From positions 101,866,001 through 101,930,000 of the forward strand of contig OX597820.1 in the NCBI GenBank assembly GCA_951406725.2: a stretch of DNA of 64,000 nt, read 5' to 3'. This DNA comes from Octopus vulgaris. Taxonomy: Eukaryota. The notes beneath the pieces were generated by a model, which did not search any database, had not been told where the DNA came from, and saw nothing but the letters and a program-made list of their open reading frames with translations. Shown one piece after another: positions 49,324-62,335 of this stretch (its first letter is position 1; every line of letters begins with the position of its first letter). The position numbers and the translations under genes were made by a program.

Positions 49324-49869
49324 AAATACAAAATGGGACAAGAACGCAAAACATCCAGACAACTAGATGATACAAAAAGGGACAACAAAACATCCAGATA
49401 AATGATACAAAACAACAAGGACAGGTCATTCAAAGCCTTTTATCCTCAGTCAAGAATTGGATCATCCTTGCAATTTCGGCCGATTAATCTTGAGATTGCT
49501 CCAATCTGGCTAGCCCCAACGAAAAACTAAGCTAAGAGCATTAGATTCCTTGGAAAAAAAGCATCGAATGCATACGAAATCAAGGACGGAAAAACAGATG
49601 ATGTTACACGAATATAAATACAAACATATATATATATATATATGTGTAGTTATGTTATATTCTGTTAAGAATGAAGCAGAGTACAGTATAAAGCTCGTCC
49701 ACCTTCAGATTTCACCCTGTGCTATCCAGTAGTAGCATTATACAAGCCTGGAGAACAACAACACATAGAAACAATTGTAGTGATTGCAAATAAATGTCCA
49801 ACTGTACTCCTTGTTGACTTCTACTTATTCAATTATATAAATAATGATTTTAAATTTTGGTATACACCT

Positions 49870-50645
49870 TGTAGTATGCTGTTTCAAGCCCATTCACTGT
49901 ATTCGGCTACCTGATGATATCAACACACACACACATGACGGTTGCCTACTCTTCATGCAGAGTCTGACCACCTCTTGTACTTATACCTTAGATCCATCAT
50001 GGTGTCTGATGTGGCTTTTTAAACCAGGCATTGTATTGAAAAGACACCAACATAGATTGCCCATCTGATTTAGATCACCAAGTGCAGCAGTTAAGTTCTG
50101 ATCTTTGTGAATCATAAAATGTCTTAGATTTGCAGACCTTATGGCATACACAGTATTGAAAGGTGTGTACATTTATATAGGCAGAATAGTTGGTGGAGAT
50201 TCATTTTTCATGGGTTTGCAAATGAGATTTAAGCTCAGTAAAAGAAAGGCATGGTCTGTAACAAACTGTACACACAAAGAAGTCACCAAGATTCACCTTC
50301 TTGATCGTAACATTCTTCTTTAAATATCTCAAGTGTTGCATACGTCATTCTGGCCTCCTCCAAAGCTTTCACTCTACTTCACACTTTTGTTTGCCATTCA
50401 GCTCAAGTCGAAGCAAGGGTTTCTATTGCCTTTGGATCTATTCCAAGTGACTTCATGGTAGTCCTTATGCCATCCTTATGCCGATTGATTTTCTTCTCTG
50501 CAAGCTTGCCACAAAACAGCTGTTTGGGTGTGTGTTCATCCGCCATTCGAACAATATGGCCAGATCATCTCCTTTGATTTTACAGAATCATTGATTTAAT
50601 TGAAGTGATGCCTGCAGATGCATAGACATCCATGTCAGGAGTAAA
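49870..50645 (-). mobile_element. RTE/BovB-like LINE 3' fragment
   Basis: SGHIVRMADEHTPKQLFCGKL...KDGIRTTMKSLGIDP...GLKSHIRHH on the minus strand. Confidence 0.75.
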
Positions 50646-50763
50646 AAAAGCCCCATTATATATATATATATATAAACATAATAAATAATATTAGGGTAAT
50701 AAGAATTATAGAAATTTTTATTACCAGTGGCCTAGTGCAAAAGAAATTTAGTCAATAGACTAA

Positions 50764-50794
<31 letters not shown>

Positions 50795-51008
50795 CATACA
50801 TACACACACATTCAAGTAGAGGTTATAAACCTCATTAAAGGATAATATAATCCAGTGAAAATACTGGTTAGTTATCAATCCATAGAAAGTTCAACTATAA
50901 GGTGATCATATAAACTGCAGTTCATATATTTATATATTTAAAGAATAAGGAGAAAATGGAGAGATAATTAATAAAATATTATTTATTAATTATAAAATAC
51001 GAAAACAT

Positions 51009-51091
51009 CTCTGACAGCAGTTTCAATTCAGTAATCTTTAGATAATTAATTTATAAAATTAAAATCATTACAAGATGAATCTCTTCAGAGG
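51009..51091 (-). ncRNA. Type-I hammerhead-like motif, left arm
   Basis: Minus strand reads CTGAAGA-GATTCA..TGAATT-GAAA-CTGCT-GTC-agag. Confidence 0.55.
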
Positions 51092-51300
51092 TAGTAAAGA
51101 AATACCGATTAGAAATACTTGTTGAGATAACAGCTATAAACCGTTAATTGATAGCATATATACAAAAAGAGCCAGTTATAGAAGGCTTCAATCCAACATA
51201 GAGGGAGAAGGTAGTGTATATTCTATGTCTTAAAGAAAGAAAAGAGATTAATATAATATCATAGGGTATTGAAAAGGAGAAAAAAGAAAAAGCATGTATG

Positions 51301-51341
<41 letters not shown>

Positions 51342-51502
51342 ATATATATATATACCATAATGCCATATAATATCATACTTATCTATAATACTGAAATACA
51401 AAAAATTTAAATCAAGTAGATGCAAATCGTGGCAAATAAATATTAACCTAAGTTATCAGAAAGGGATAAATAATTTCTAAATATAATAATAATAATAACT
51501 TA

Positions 51503-51538
<36 letters not shown>

Positions 51539-52417
51539 ATAATGAAATAATTATATATCATAATATAATAATGAAATAAAATTTAATGTAAATAAATAAA
51601 TAGAAAGTTTAGAATAAGATGGAAAGAGAAAATATCAAAATACATTATATATCCTTACATCCCTTAAGAAAATTTATTTCAAGCCTTTGAGGTAAAAAAC
51701 AATGATAATAAACTATTGGATAGGGAAAAAATTTTTTAATTTCAGGCATACAGCATTCCCTTAGAGAAACCATAAGATAATATGCTATGAAACTTGCTTA
51801 AGGGGACAAAAGAATTATTAGGAAAATAATCATTATGTAAGAGGAAATACTTATATATAAATAAATTAAAAATAAAATAAAATAAAAAATAAATTACATT
51901 GAATTACACAAAATGCCTTCATGTATAGCAGGGATGTAGGGGAAAATATACATAAAGACAGCAAAGCCAGGACAACTTTAAACAGGGGCATATCTGAAAA
52001 TGTAATCAGAGGCAATGATAATATAGTTGTGTATTTAAGCAGTGAATTAGCAATCAGCTCAATATGCTATTAATTTGACACATTCTAATACTAATTAAAT
52101 ATAAAATAAATAAAACTAAAAACAATCAAGGATACATAAAGAAGTTAATGATTTTGATATTTTCTCTTTCCATCTTATTCTAGACTTTCTATTTATTTAT
52201 TTATATTAAATTTTATTTATTATCATAAACAATAAGTTATTATTATATTTAGAAATTATCTATCCCTTTCTGATACTAAGACATAGAATATACACTACCT
52301 TCCCCTTCTATGTTGGATTGAAGCCTTCTATAACTGGCTCTTTTTGTATATATGCTATCAATTAACGGTTTATAGCTGTTATCTCAACAAGTATTTCTAA
52401 TTGGTATATCTTTACTA

Positions 52418-52500
52418 CCTCTGAAGAGATTCATCTCGTAACGATTTTAATTTTATAAATTAATTATCTAAAGATTACTGAATCGAAACTGCTGTCAGAG
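52418..52500 (+). ncRNA. Type-I hammerhead motif, right arm, canonical core
   Basis: CTGAAGA (52421)-GATTCA-45-nt loop-TGAATC-GAAA-CTGCT-GTC-agag. Stem III is one change from the ACAGCTGT palindrome; stem I is short. Confidence 0.65.
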
Positions 52501-52624
52501 ATGTTTTCATATTTTATAATTAATAAATAATATTTTATTAATTAACCTCTCCATTTTCTCCTTATTCTTATATGTATATATGTATGTGTGTGTGTGTATG
52601 TGTGTGCATGCGTGTGTGTGTGTG

Positions 52625-52960
52625 TGGAGGCGCAATAGCTCAGTGGTTAAGGCGGTAGACTTACAATCGTAGGATCATGGTTTCGATTCCTAGACTGGGC
52701 GTTGTGTTTATTGAGCATAAACACCTAAAGCTCCACAAGGCTCTGATTTGCGAACCCTGCTGTACTCTTTCACCATAACTTTCTCTCACTCTTTCTTCCT
52801 GTTTCCAGTTGAACCTCTATTTCAAAGGACCAGCCTTGTCACACTGCATCTCCCCAAGACCTATGTTAAGGGTACACGTGTCTGTGGAGTGCTCAGTCAC
52901 TTGCACGTTAATTTCATGAGCAGGCTGTTCCACTATCCAGATCAACTGGAATCCTCATTG
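52625..52960 (+). mobile_element. SINE family B variant
   Basis: ggaggcgcaatagctcagtggttaag..gtttcgattcc head. Confidence 0.75.
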
Positions 52961-52989
52961 TCATATATATATATATATATATATAATAA

Positions 52990-53540
52990 GCAAGAATTTA
53001 CCAGAAGGTCTCCAGGAAAGCGAAACGTTACACAACATAAACAGTGAAGTTTGGTGGTAAGACTGATGCTTTGGGGAGACAAGAAATCTGACTGTAACTT
53101 GAATAGAGCCAAATACATTCAGTTGCTGAAGGACACAGATCCTGTGCAACACAACAAAGCCTGGCTGATGAAGGCATCACCATATTGAAAGATTGGTCAG
53201 CTCAGAGCCTTGACTTAAGTATCATCGAGCAAATGTGGACAGAACTAAAAAGAAGTGTTTGTCTGAAGAAGCCATGCAATCTTGATGAGTTGTGGGAGCT
53301 CAGCCACAGAGAATGGCATCTAATACTTGTAAAGATGGTGAAGGATTTGTAGGCATTTCTTCCCAGGCGCATTGAAGCAATTATTCAAGCTAAGGGAAGC
53401 CACATGAAATATTAACAATGTAGAGTAACATTTTGAAATGAACATTATGTAATAAATTTTCATTATGGATATTTTTCTGTTTTAAAATACTTTTTCTTGA
53501 TTGGTTTATGTGAGGTGGCCAAAAACTTTTGCACAGCCAT
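52990..53540 (+). mobile_element. 3' part of a Tc1 (DD34E-type) transposon
   Basis: DWSAQSLDLSIIEQMWTELKR...LPRRIEAIIQAKGSHMKY* and a TIR-like ggtggccaaaaacttttgcacagcca. Confidence 0.75.
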
Positions 53541-53699
53541 TTTTGGTGGTTGTTTTGCATCTTCCCCTCTCGTTCAGAGTCCCTACTACAAAATATAATG
53601 ATAAGGTATGGAAATGACTCCAACAGGGCCAATGTTTCATCTGTAAAAAACCCAATGCGAAACATGCACTTATAAGTTAGTGATCAGTAGAAATTTACT

Positions 53700-54011
53700 T
53701 TGGTATGGTACTTATTCTATTGGTCTCTTTTGACAAACTGCTACCTTGTGGGGACATAAACACACTAATATCGGTTGTCAAGCAATGCTGGGGGGACAAA
53801 CACAGACACATACACACACACATATATATATATACATATATATATATACGGCAGGCTTCTTTCTGTTTCCGTCTACCAAATCCACTCATAAGGCTTTGGT
53901 CAGCCCAAGGCTATAGTAGAAGGCACTTGCTCAAGGTGCCACACAGTGGGACTGAACCTGGAACCATGTGGTTGGGAAGCAAGCTTCTTACCACACAGCC
54001 ACACCTGCACC

Positions 54012-54012
<1 letters not shown>
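53700..54012 (-). mobile_element. SINE family A, 3'-truncated
   Basis: Head and microsatellite match family A. Confidence 0.8.
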
Positions 54013-54048
<36 letters not shown>

Positions 54049-55019
54049 GGAGAAAGAAATCTAAGGAGAGATTGACTTCATAATTAAGAGTGATTACTAA
54101 TAAATCAGTCAAATATATAATGCTACCAAATGGCAACAAGTCATCAATCCAAATTATCTTCACTCTACTTTTTCCTTGTTTCAGTCATTGGACAGCAGCC
54201 ATATTGTGGCATCACCATCAAAGGTTAAGTCAAACAAGTCGACTTCACTATTTTGATTTTAAGTCTTGGACTTATTCTATCAGTAATCTTTTACAGAAAC
54301 AATTAGTTACAGTGCTGTAAAGAAACCAACACCTGTACCCATATACAAAAGATACACACATGGGATGGGCTTCTACACACTTCTGTTTTTCTAAATTCAC
54401 TCTCAAGGTATTGGTTGGCATGGGGCTATAGTAGGAGATACTTGCCCAAGGTGCTGTGCTGTGGGGCTGAACCCAAAACCACACGGTTGCAAAACGAACT
54501 TCTGAACCACACAGAAGCCATGCCTTGTGCCTAGCTTGTTTATGGGGTGGGAGGGTGGGTGGGGGGTAGTGGCAAAAAACCCCCACAAAAAGTCAAGTAA
54601 TTTGTCCAATGAAAGATTCAAATAAAAACATTGCATTTTACAGATACTTTCAAAACTAACGCCAAGTCTACAAAATAAATAAATAAATGAAAAGAATAAA
54701 TATTTTCTTCCCTTGCAAATTTTTTTTTACACAAATGTGATGACATTATTATTAGACGAGCAAAGCTCACAGTAAGACAGAAATAGAGAAATAGTGAAAA
54801 GTGAAACATTTTAAAACTAATTTCGTTTACTTTCCAATTTATTTATTATTTCTTTCAATAAATAAGTCTAACATTTCAAGCATTAATAACAAGGTGAAAG
54901 GAACCAGATGTGCTATGATTTTGGTGCAATGCTGTGATAGACTAAAAAATAAAAGAGCAAAGACGATCTTCAGTTAACATGGAGTTACCTTAGCTCAGAC
55001 AAATAAATAAAATAATGAA

Positions 55020-55385
55020 TTTAATTAAGGCTGATGTCTTTTTGACTGGGTTCAACATAAATATGCTCTTTTGATAAAAGGCCCAGTTCAATCAGTAGAC
55101 TGTGCAAGGGGTCACTGAACACTCAGTAGCTGAAACATCTAACATTTGGTTCAATTTTTGTCTGAGCTAATCATTTTACTTGGTTCACTGTTTTATCAGT
55201 TAGTCAGAGACCATAACAATGAGCTTAATTAACATTAATATGTTCTTTTGATAAAAGGCCCAGTTAATTCAGTATACTGTTTGAGGGGTCACTGAAAGCT
55301 CAGTAGGTGAAGCATCTGACATTTGGTTCAGTTTCTGTCTGAGCAAATCATTTCACTTCAGTAACTGTTTTATGAGTTAGTAAGC
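55020..55385. repeat. Direct tandem duplication (~180-200-bp unit)
   Basis: atatg.tcttttgataaaaggcccagtt..ggggtcactgaa..ctcagtag.tgaa.catct.acatttggttca occurs twice. Confidence 0.8.
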
Positions 55386-55982
55386 AAAAGAGAATGTGTG
55401 TGGGTGTGTTTGTTGGAGAGGGGGGTGAAGTGCCTAGAAACTGTGCAGGACTTCAGACAAGTGAGATTAATGCAGCTAGTGAGTAAACATGTTGGGGCTG
55501 GTATCTGCATAAAAAAAAAAAAAAAAAATAAAAAAAAAAAAGAGGCTTGGATGGATGAAGATACAAATTCTATAGGGAAGTAATCTTATTGAAGATTAAA
55601 GGATTGAGAACAAAATAGCTTAAGAATTGTGGGCTGAAATGATAATGTGATAATGAAGATGCTGATGGAAATGAAATTGGGCAGACAGAACCTGTAAGGG
55701 TGGGTTGTATCTGTAATTTGTAAGGTACAGCTTTGTCGCACACAATGTCATAATGATTCTGCCTGAGAATTACATTAAGGGTGTAGAAAGAAGCTTGCTT
55801 CCCAACCACATGATTCCGAGTTCAGTCTCACAGGGTAGCCCCTTAGGCAAGTGTCTTCTGTAGCCTTAGGCCAAGCAAAGCCTTGTGAGCAGATATAGTA
55901 GATGAAACTATCATGTGTGTGTCTCTCTCTCTCTTTGCATCTAAAATAGATGAAAAGGGCAGCTGGTCATGATTGGATTTAA

Positions 55983-56203
55983 CCTGTTAGCATTTAGATT
56001 ACTCTGCCAAAAGTAATGCTTATTCATTCACATTATTTTGAATGAATCATGCATTATCTCGTAGTTTCAAGATTTCGATCATGTGATTGTTTTGTTCTTA
56101 GAATGACATTGTAGGGTAGTTGTGAGAGGCCAGATCTAGTTAGTTTTAACACAAAATAGGGGGAATGCTTTGGCTGGATATGGCCAGTTTAAATGCTAAA
56201 GGG
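55983..56203. mobile_element. TTAA-target (piggyBac-type) MITE
   Basis: TTAA flanks and TGCTAAAGGG end; sister of 46708-46995. Confidence 0.75.
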
Positions 56204-56486
56204 TTAAACTCAACTGAATAGCCATCTCCAATAACGGTAACTAGATTTGCTATGATCTGAATGAAACATAGTCTTGGACAGTCAGCTTTGCAATCTTTGC
56301 TTATATTTTACTTCCTCCAAGAAAAGTTTGCTTTTCTTTTTTTTTTTGTTTTTCAATTTGTTTCAGTCACTGTGGCCATACTAGAGTACTGATATGAAGA
56401 ATTTTAGTCAAACAAATTGATCCTAGTACTAATGACTGGGACAGAAACACACCAATGCTGGTTATCAAGTGTTAAAAAGTTTTAGT

Positions 56487-56722
56487 GGCAGCGAGCTGGC
56501 AGAAACGTTAGCACGCCAGGCAAAATGCTTAGCGGTATTTCGTCTGCCACTATGTTCTGAGTTCAAATTCCGCCGAGGTTGACTTTGCCTTTCATCCTTT
56601 CGGGGGTCGATTAAATAAGTACCAGTTACGCACTAGGGTCAATATAATTGACTTAATCCATTTGTCTGTCCTCGTGTGTCTCCTCTGTGTGTAGCCCCCT
56701 TGTGGGCAGTAAAGAAATAAGA
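56487..56722 (+). mobile_element. SINE family C, young copy
   Basis: Full head to aaagaaata tail. Confidence 0.85.
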
Positions 56723-57217
56723 AGTTTTATGAGCAAGTAGGTCTCCTTTATTTAGTGTTTTCCACTCTACGTGTTTCTAAACTGCTAAAAAATGTACGAA
56801 AATTATCGCAACTAAAGCAAAGAAAGAAATGAAAATTTTATAGCAATCAAGAAACACTAATTGTAAACAGGTTTATGATCAAGTTCAAACACTCAACAAG
56901 CAGATTACACACTCATGACTGATTTTTAACTGACAGTAAGTTCACCATCATCAATTCACTGGGGTTTTTTTCCTCAATAAAATAGTTTTTAACTATTAAT
57001 GATGAGTTACTATGGATATATCAACTCAGTAAACTTTCCTCATAGTGAGCTTCTTTCATGTTGAATTGATGGTGGTAAAATTACATGTAATCATTAAAGA
57101 TAATCTAACTTTGAATAAAAGAAGAGAAAACAAAAAAAAACGTCAGAAATGACATCAATAATTTGGTTTTTGCGTTGGGCTTTAGAGGCCCATCAAGACT
57201 GGTTAAGATTTAATCTA

Positions 57218-57779
57218 TTGGGCTGTTCGGAAAGTTCATGCTGATTTATAGTAGCTTACCTTTCAACTTGTTTTAGAACATGGTTGAGTCCAGAAAATAG
57301 GATTTGACTACACCTCCATTTAGAGCACAGTTTAAGCTATCTTTTCGTGGAAGGTTTATGTTCCTATAACCCGTGTTAATTCTGTAACTCTTTAAAATGG
57401 AAGATAAGAAAGTTCATTTTCGGCACTTCATGCTTTGGGAACCAGACAAAAATTGCTGCAGCTTGGCTTGGATGTGTTACCCCACCCTCCATATTCACCA
57501 GATATTTGCTCCTTTGGATTCCACTTATTCAGGTCTCTGCAGAATAGTCTTAATGGTAAAAATTTCAATTCCTTGGATGACATAAAAAGATACCTTGATA
57601 AATTCTTTGCATGAAACCACCTCAATTCTGGGAAGAGGGTATTTTCAAGTTAAAGGAAAGATGGAGATGCATTGTGCAGCAAAACAGTTCATATTTGGTT
57701 GATTTAAAATGTAATGGCAAGTATTTATTGACCTTTTTCTTTCCTTTAAAAATCGGCACAAACTTTCCGGACAACCCAA
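57218..57779 (+). mobile_element. Internally deleted mariner element
   Basis: TA-flanked TIRs TTGGGCTGTTCGGAAAGTT / AACTTTCCGGACAACCCAA. Remnants MEDKKVHFRHFMLWE and VLPHPPYSPDI..HLFRSLQNSL..FWEEGIFKLKERWRCIV. Confidence 0.88.
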
Positions 57780-58692
57780 TAGATAATATTGCTCTTGAAC
57801 AATTGGACCCTGACCAATCCTCTGTACCACATCACTTATATTCACCTCCTTGTAATTTAAAGATACCTCGCAACACATTCACCAAGAATGTTTCTCTCCC
57901 TCTATAAATCTTTTCCAACTGGGGTAGCCATGTATCTCCTAAAATAATAAAACAACTGTTACTGTCCCTCCATCATCACATGGCACAAAGCTACCTCCCA
58001 CCAGTTGAAGGGGTCTTGTCTTACTAGTTACTTGGTGACTTCATTGGTGCTGATATCATGTTAAAAGACCACCTGTGGCACTCTGTAAAATAATGTGTAT
58101 TAGGAAGTGCATCCAGTTTTAGAAAACTGGACAAAATAGACAGTGGAACTTGATACAGTCCTCCAGCTGACCAGCTCCTGTTAAACCACCCATCTCATGC
58201 CAGAATAGAAAGCAGATGTTAAATAGTAATGAGGATTTTAATGATGGCTGAAATCCTTTAGTAACTTTCTCAAAGGTTCCAGAAACTATTAATGAGTTAG
58301 GGGTTGATTAAAATGAATAACATACCCACTACACTTCTGATCCAAGAGATGGACAGGATCCAGAGCATTTAGCTAGAAGAATCTCATGTTAGATACCATC
58401 AGATGCAAATACCAATAGCAACCATACTGATATGAGCAGCCATATGTATATAGATCGTGGTTTAGCCCTAGGTCAATCCTGATTAAGCAGACCTATGGCG
58501 TAAGTATCTCACTATGAATTATCCCATCCTATATTCAGAAGTAGTGTACTTACAACTACATTATTGAATGTATCCTTTAAGAAAGATTTGGTTGCTATTT
58601 TTAGCTAGTAACACAGCATCACCGTCATACAAGCAGTGTCTTTCATTTCTAATCTTCCTCAAAAATATGTTCAGCCATGGGGAAATATTACC

Positions 58693-58910
58693 TATTTCTT
58701 TACTACCCACAAGGGGCTAAACACAGAGAGGAAAAACAAGGACAGACAAATGGATTAAGTCGATTATATCGACCCTAGTGCATAACTGGTACTTATTTAA
58801 TTGACCCCAAAAGGATGAAAGGCAAAGTCGACCTCGGCGGAATTTGAACTCACAACGTAGCGGCAGACGAAATGCCGCTAAGCATGTTGTCTGGCCAGCT
58901 CGCCGCCTTT
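58693..58910 (-). mobile_element. SINE family C inserted in a family-F repeat with a ~16-bp TSD
   Basis: atggggaaata(t/a)tacc at 58677-58692 and 58911-58926. Confidence 0.85.
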
Positions 58911-59735
58911 ATGGGGAAATAATACCTTACTGAGAAACAAGCAAGGATTGGCAGCAGAAAGGATATATGCCCGTAGAAATTCCAAATCAACAGATTCTGT
59001 CAGATCCATGTGAGTGTGGAGATGAGGAGGCTATGATGATGATGATGGTCTTATGTATCCTTTAAGGTCGTATTCCAGCATGGCCTTGGTTGTGAAGGTT
59101 AACTCAATTCTAAAGAACATGTTGGAAGACGGAAAGTTGCAAACACCACCTAGAGCATAATACAGATTTATTAGTAAAATGTAGTGTTTTTTTATTCGTT
59201 GTAAGCAATATTTCGTTTTTTTTTTTGTTTAGTTTGTGTTGAGAAATAAAATACAAATGAAAATAATTTATTTTTTTGTTAAATGTTTAATTTCCGCTGC
59301 ATTAATTAAAGTACACATTCTGCAATAATATTTAGCCCTGGGAACTGTCATCTGATAGAAATGGATTTAAGTTGTGTTTGTGTGAGGAAGAGAGAGAGAT
59401 TTTGTAATTAAGATCACGTGCGCACAGCCACACATGAGATTCTTCTAAGATGTCTGTAAACAAATGGTTTAGAGGTAGGCAATTTACTAAAAGAAATGTC
59501 TTAGCAGAAATTCTTCTTCAGCACAGATGAAAATTCTCATTCAAATGAATCATTAGCAATAATGAAGAATTAGCAACAGAAGAATTAAAATCTTGGCAAC
59601 ACTGTAATTTTGAGATATGAAATTTAATATAGACAGACAAATTCCAAGACAGTCAAAGAGTTAGATATACAGAACCATATAAATAAACTTTCTATCTGTT
59701 TATCTCTCTACTTAGACATCAACCTTCCTGTTTGT

Positions 59736-59851
<116 letters not shown>

Positions 59852-59879
59852 GTAGTGAGAAACAAAATATAAACATATA

Positions 59880-60248
59880 AAGGATGGCTGTGTGGCAAGA
59901 AGTTTACTTCCCAACCACATGGTTTCAGATTCAGTCCCACTGAATGACAACTTCGCCAAATGCCTTCTACTAGAGCCACAGGTGGACCAAAGCCTTTTGA
60001 GTGGATTTGGAAGATGGAAACTGAAAGAAGCCTGTTATGTGTGTGTGTGTGTGTTTGTCCTTCACCACCACTTGATAACTGATGTTGGCTTCTTAATGTT
60101 CCCATAGCTTAGTGGTTCAGCTAAAAAGACACCAATAGAATAAGTACCAGACTTGAAAAAGAAATAAGTTCTGAAGAAGATTTGTTCAACAAAACCCTTC
60201 AAGTAGTGCTCCAGCATGGCTGCAGTCCTGGCTGAAAGAAAAGAGTAG
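59880..60248 (+). mobile_element. SINE family A, diverged
   Basis: Head, microsatellite and tail are recognisable. Confidence 0.75.
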
Positions 60249-60587
60249 CTTATTGATACCTTTCCAGCCTTATAAGGTCTAAGGAGGATAACACTTTTAC
60301 CTATTTTACTGTTTCATTTTCTGTTTTTTAACCTACCATGTTTTCTATATGCATCCTTCTCAACGTTTTTGCATTTCTTCTCTCAGTTCATTATGATATC
60401 TGGTTTGTATCTAATGAATATGCTTAAGTTATTTCTCAACATATGAAACTATTAGTAGCACATAAAAAAATGTATTGTGTCTATTAAATAATATTTATTT
60501 CTCACCAGATGGAGTACTTTTTTTTGTTGATCTTACCATCAAAGAACAGTACATTATATATAATACAACTATACTATGGAAAATAAC

Positions 60588-60910
60588 AAGTGTTGGGCCT
60601 CACGGAGGCAATGTGACATGTAAAAGGCACCTTTTGAGCATTGGGCCTTGTGGAGGCAATGACAAATGACAGACTTCTAGCAATATACCAGGCTTGAGTA
60701 GAAGACTCATCGAGCCAAGTAAAATCGTAGTCGTGGCAAGTACTGGTGTCATGCAACTGGCACTTGTGTTGGTGGCATGTAAAAGCATGGTTGGCATTAG
60801 GAATGGCATTCAACCATGGAAACCATGCCAATCAGACCTCAACTTACCAGCCCTGGTCAAACTGTACAACCCATGCCAGCATGGACAATGGATGATGATA
60901 ATGATAATGA
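60588..60910 (+). mobile_element. 3' end of the RTE LINE plus family-E UTR
   Basis: ttgggcctcacggaggcaatg (matches 28658-28680), followed by the UTR and a (GAT)n tail. Confidence 0.7.
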
Positions 60911-61184
60911 ACTATTGCTTGATAACAAGCCAAGTCCATCTGTCCACACACTCATATACAGCAGGCTTCTTTCAGTTTCTGTTGACCAAATTCATTCACA
61001 AAGTTTTGGTTGGCCCAGGGCTATAGCAAAAGACACTTGTCCAAGTTGCCACATGCAAAGACTGAACCTAAAATCATGTGGTCATGAAATAAGCAACTGA
61101 ACCAGACAGTATTGTCCAGTTTCATAAATGTTTCAAATTCAGGAACAATGCCAACAATAGTGAGAGGATAGGGTTAATCATTAC

Positions 61185-61408
61185 CTATTTCTTTACTACC
61201 CACAAGGGGCTAAACACAGGAGGAACAAACAAGGACAGACAAATGGATTAAGTCGATTACATCGACCCCAGTGCGTAACTGGTACTTAATTTATCGACCC
61301 TGAAAGGATGAAAGGCAAAGTCAATCTCGGCGGAATTTAAACTCAGAATGTAGCGGCAGACGAAATACCGCTGAGCATTTCCTCCGGCGTGCTAACGTCT
61401 CTGCCAGC
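61185..61408 (-). mobile_element. SINE family C, young copy
   Basis: Near identical to 25165-25393. Confidence 0.85.
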
Positions 61409-62301
61409 CCTACCATCAGCCCAAATATTTGGTATGTTACTTTAGCAGACCCCAAAAGGATAAAAATCTAAGTTGACCTGAACAAAATTTGAACTTAAAA
61501 TGTAAAGAGATGGAACAAATATTTTTTCCCAACACCAGCTTAATAACGACAGTTTCAAATTCTGCCAAAGTCAACTTTACCTTTTGTACTTTTGGGGTCG
61601 ATGAAATAAGTACCAGTTGAGCACTGGGGTTGATATAATCGACTAGCCCCACCAGCCACCACAAAATTTTAGGCCTTGAAAGAATTTTACAAAATGCTTC
61701 ATTATTTTCAAACTTAATTGGTAAAAGGTTGTGTATTATACTATAGAAATATGGTAACAGAAGGGTTAATGATTAATTTTATCAATTTTATTAATCAGTT
61801 AAATCTACCTAAGTAGAAATGGCTGATGATTTCCCAAACAGCCAAAACAGTAATTAAAAGCCAATTAATTCATTATCTTTCCCACACAGCTATTTCCAGA
61901 AATATTTTCTCTCTGAAGTTTACATCATTTGATTAATTTGGCAGTTTCTTGATGGAAGCAGTAAATTATATATAAGGGACAGTAAATGGGATATATGCAA
62001 AATTCCATGAATAGAGAACTTATAAATAGATTAATTTTTAAAATTATTGAACAAAAATATCATCTATAAACATAAGGTTTCTTCTTGAAGAAAGAATCCA
62101 ACAGGACAATCTATACATAGCTCACTGCAGCTTATTTTATTGTCTCTAAGAATAGAAAAGACAAGATCGAGTAGACTATCAGAATAGCTATAAACCACTA
62201 GAAGTGGGCTAACCTCTGACAGGAGGACAAAAGCATGTGATTGATAGCATGCAGCAGCTTGTGAAAATAAACGTCATCTGGTTTAGACAAGGCTGTGTAC
62301 A

Positions 62302-62335
<34 letters not shown>

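Larger units (their letters stand above)
50940..52570. repeat. Long inverted repeat (fold-back) with a hammerhead in each arm
   Basis: Left arm 50940-51231 plus 51451-51645 is the reverse complement of right arm 52148-52570; spacer about 500 bp. Confidence 0.85.

Noticed and set aside
49420-49455. CTGAGGA...GAAT on the minus strand in a TA-bounded unit (49320-49625)
   Set aside because: GAAAC and NUH/stem I cannot be formed convincingly.
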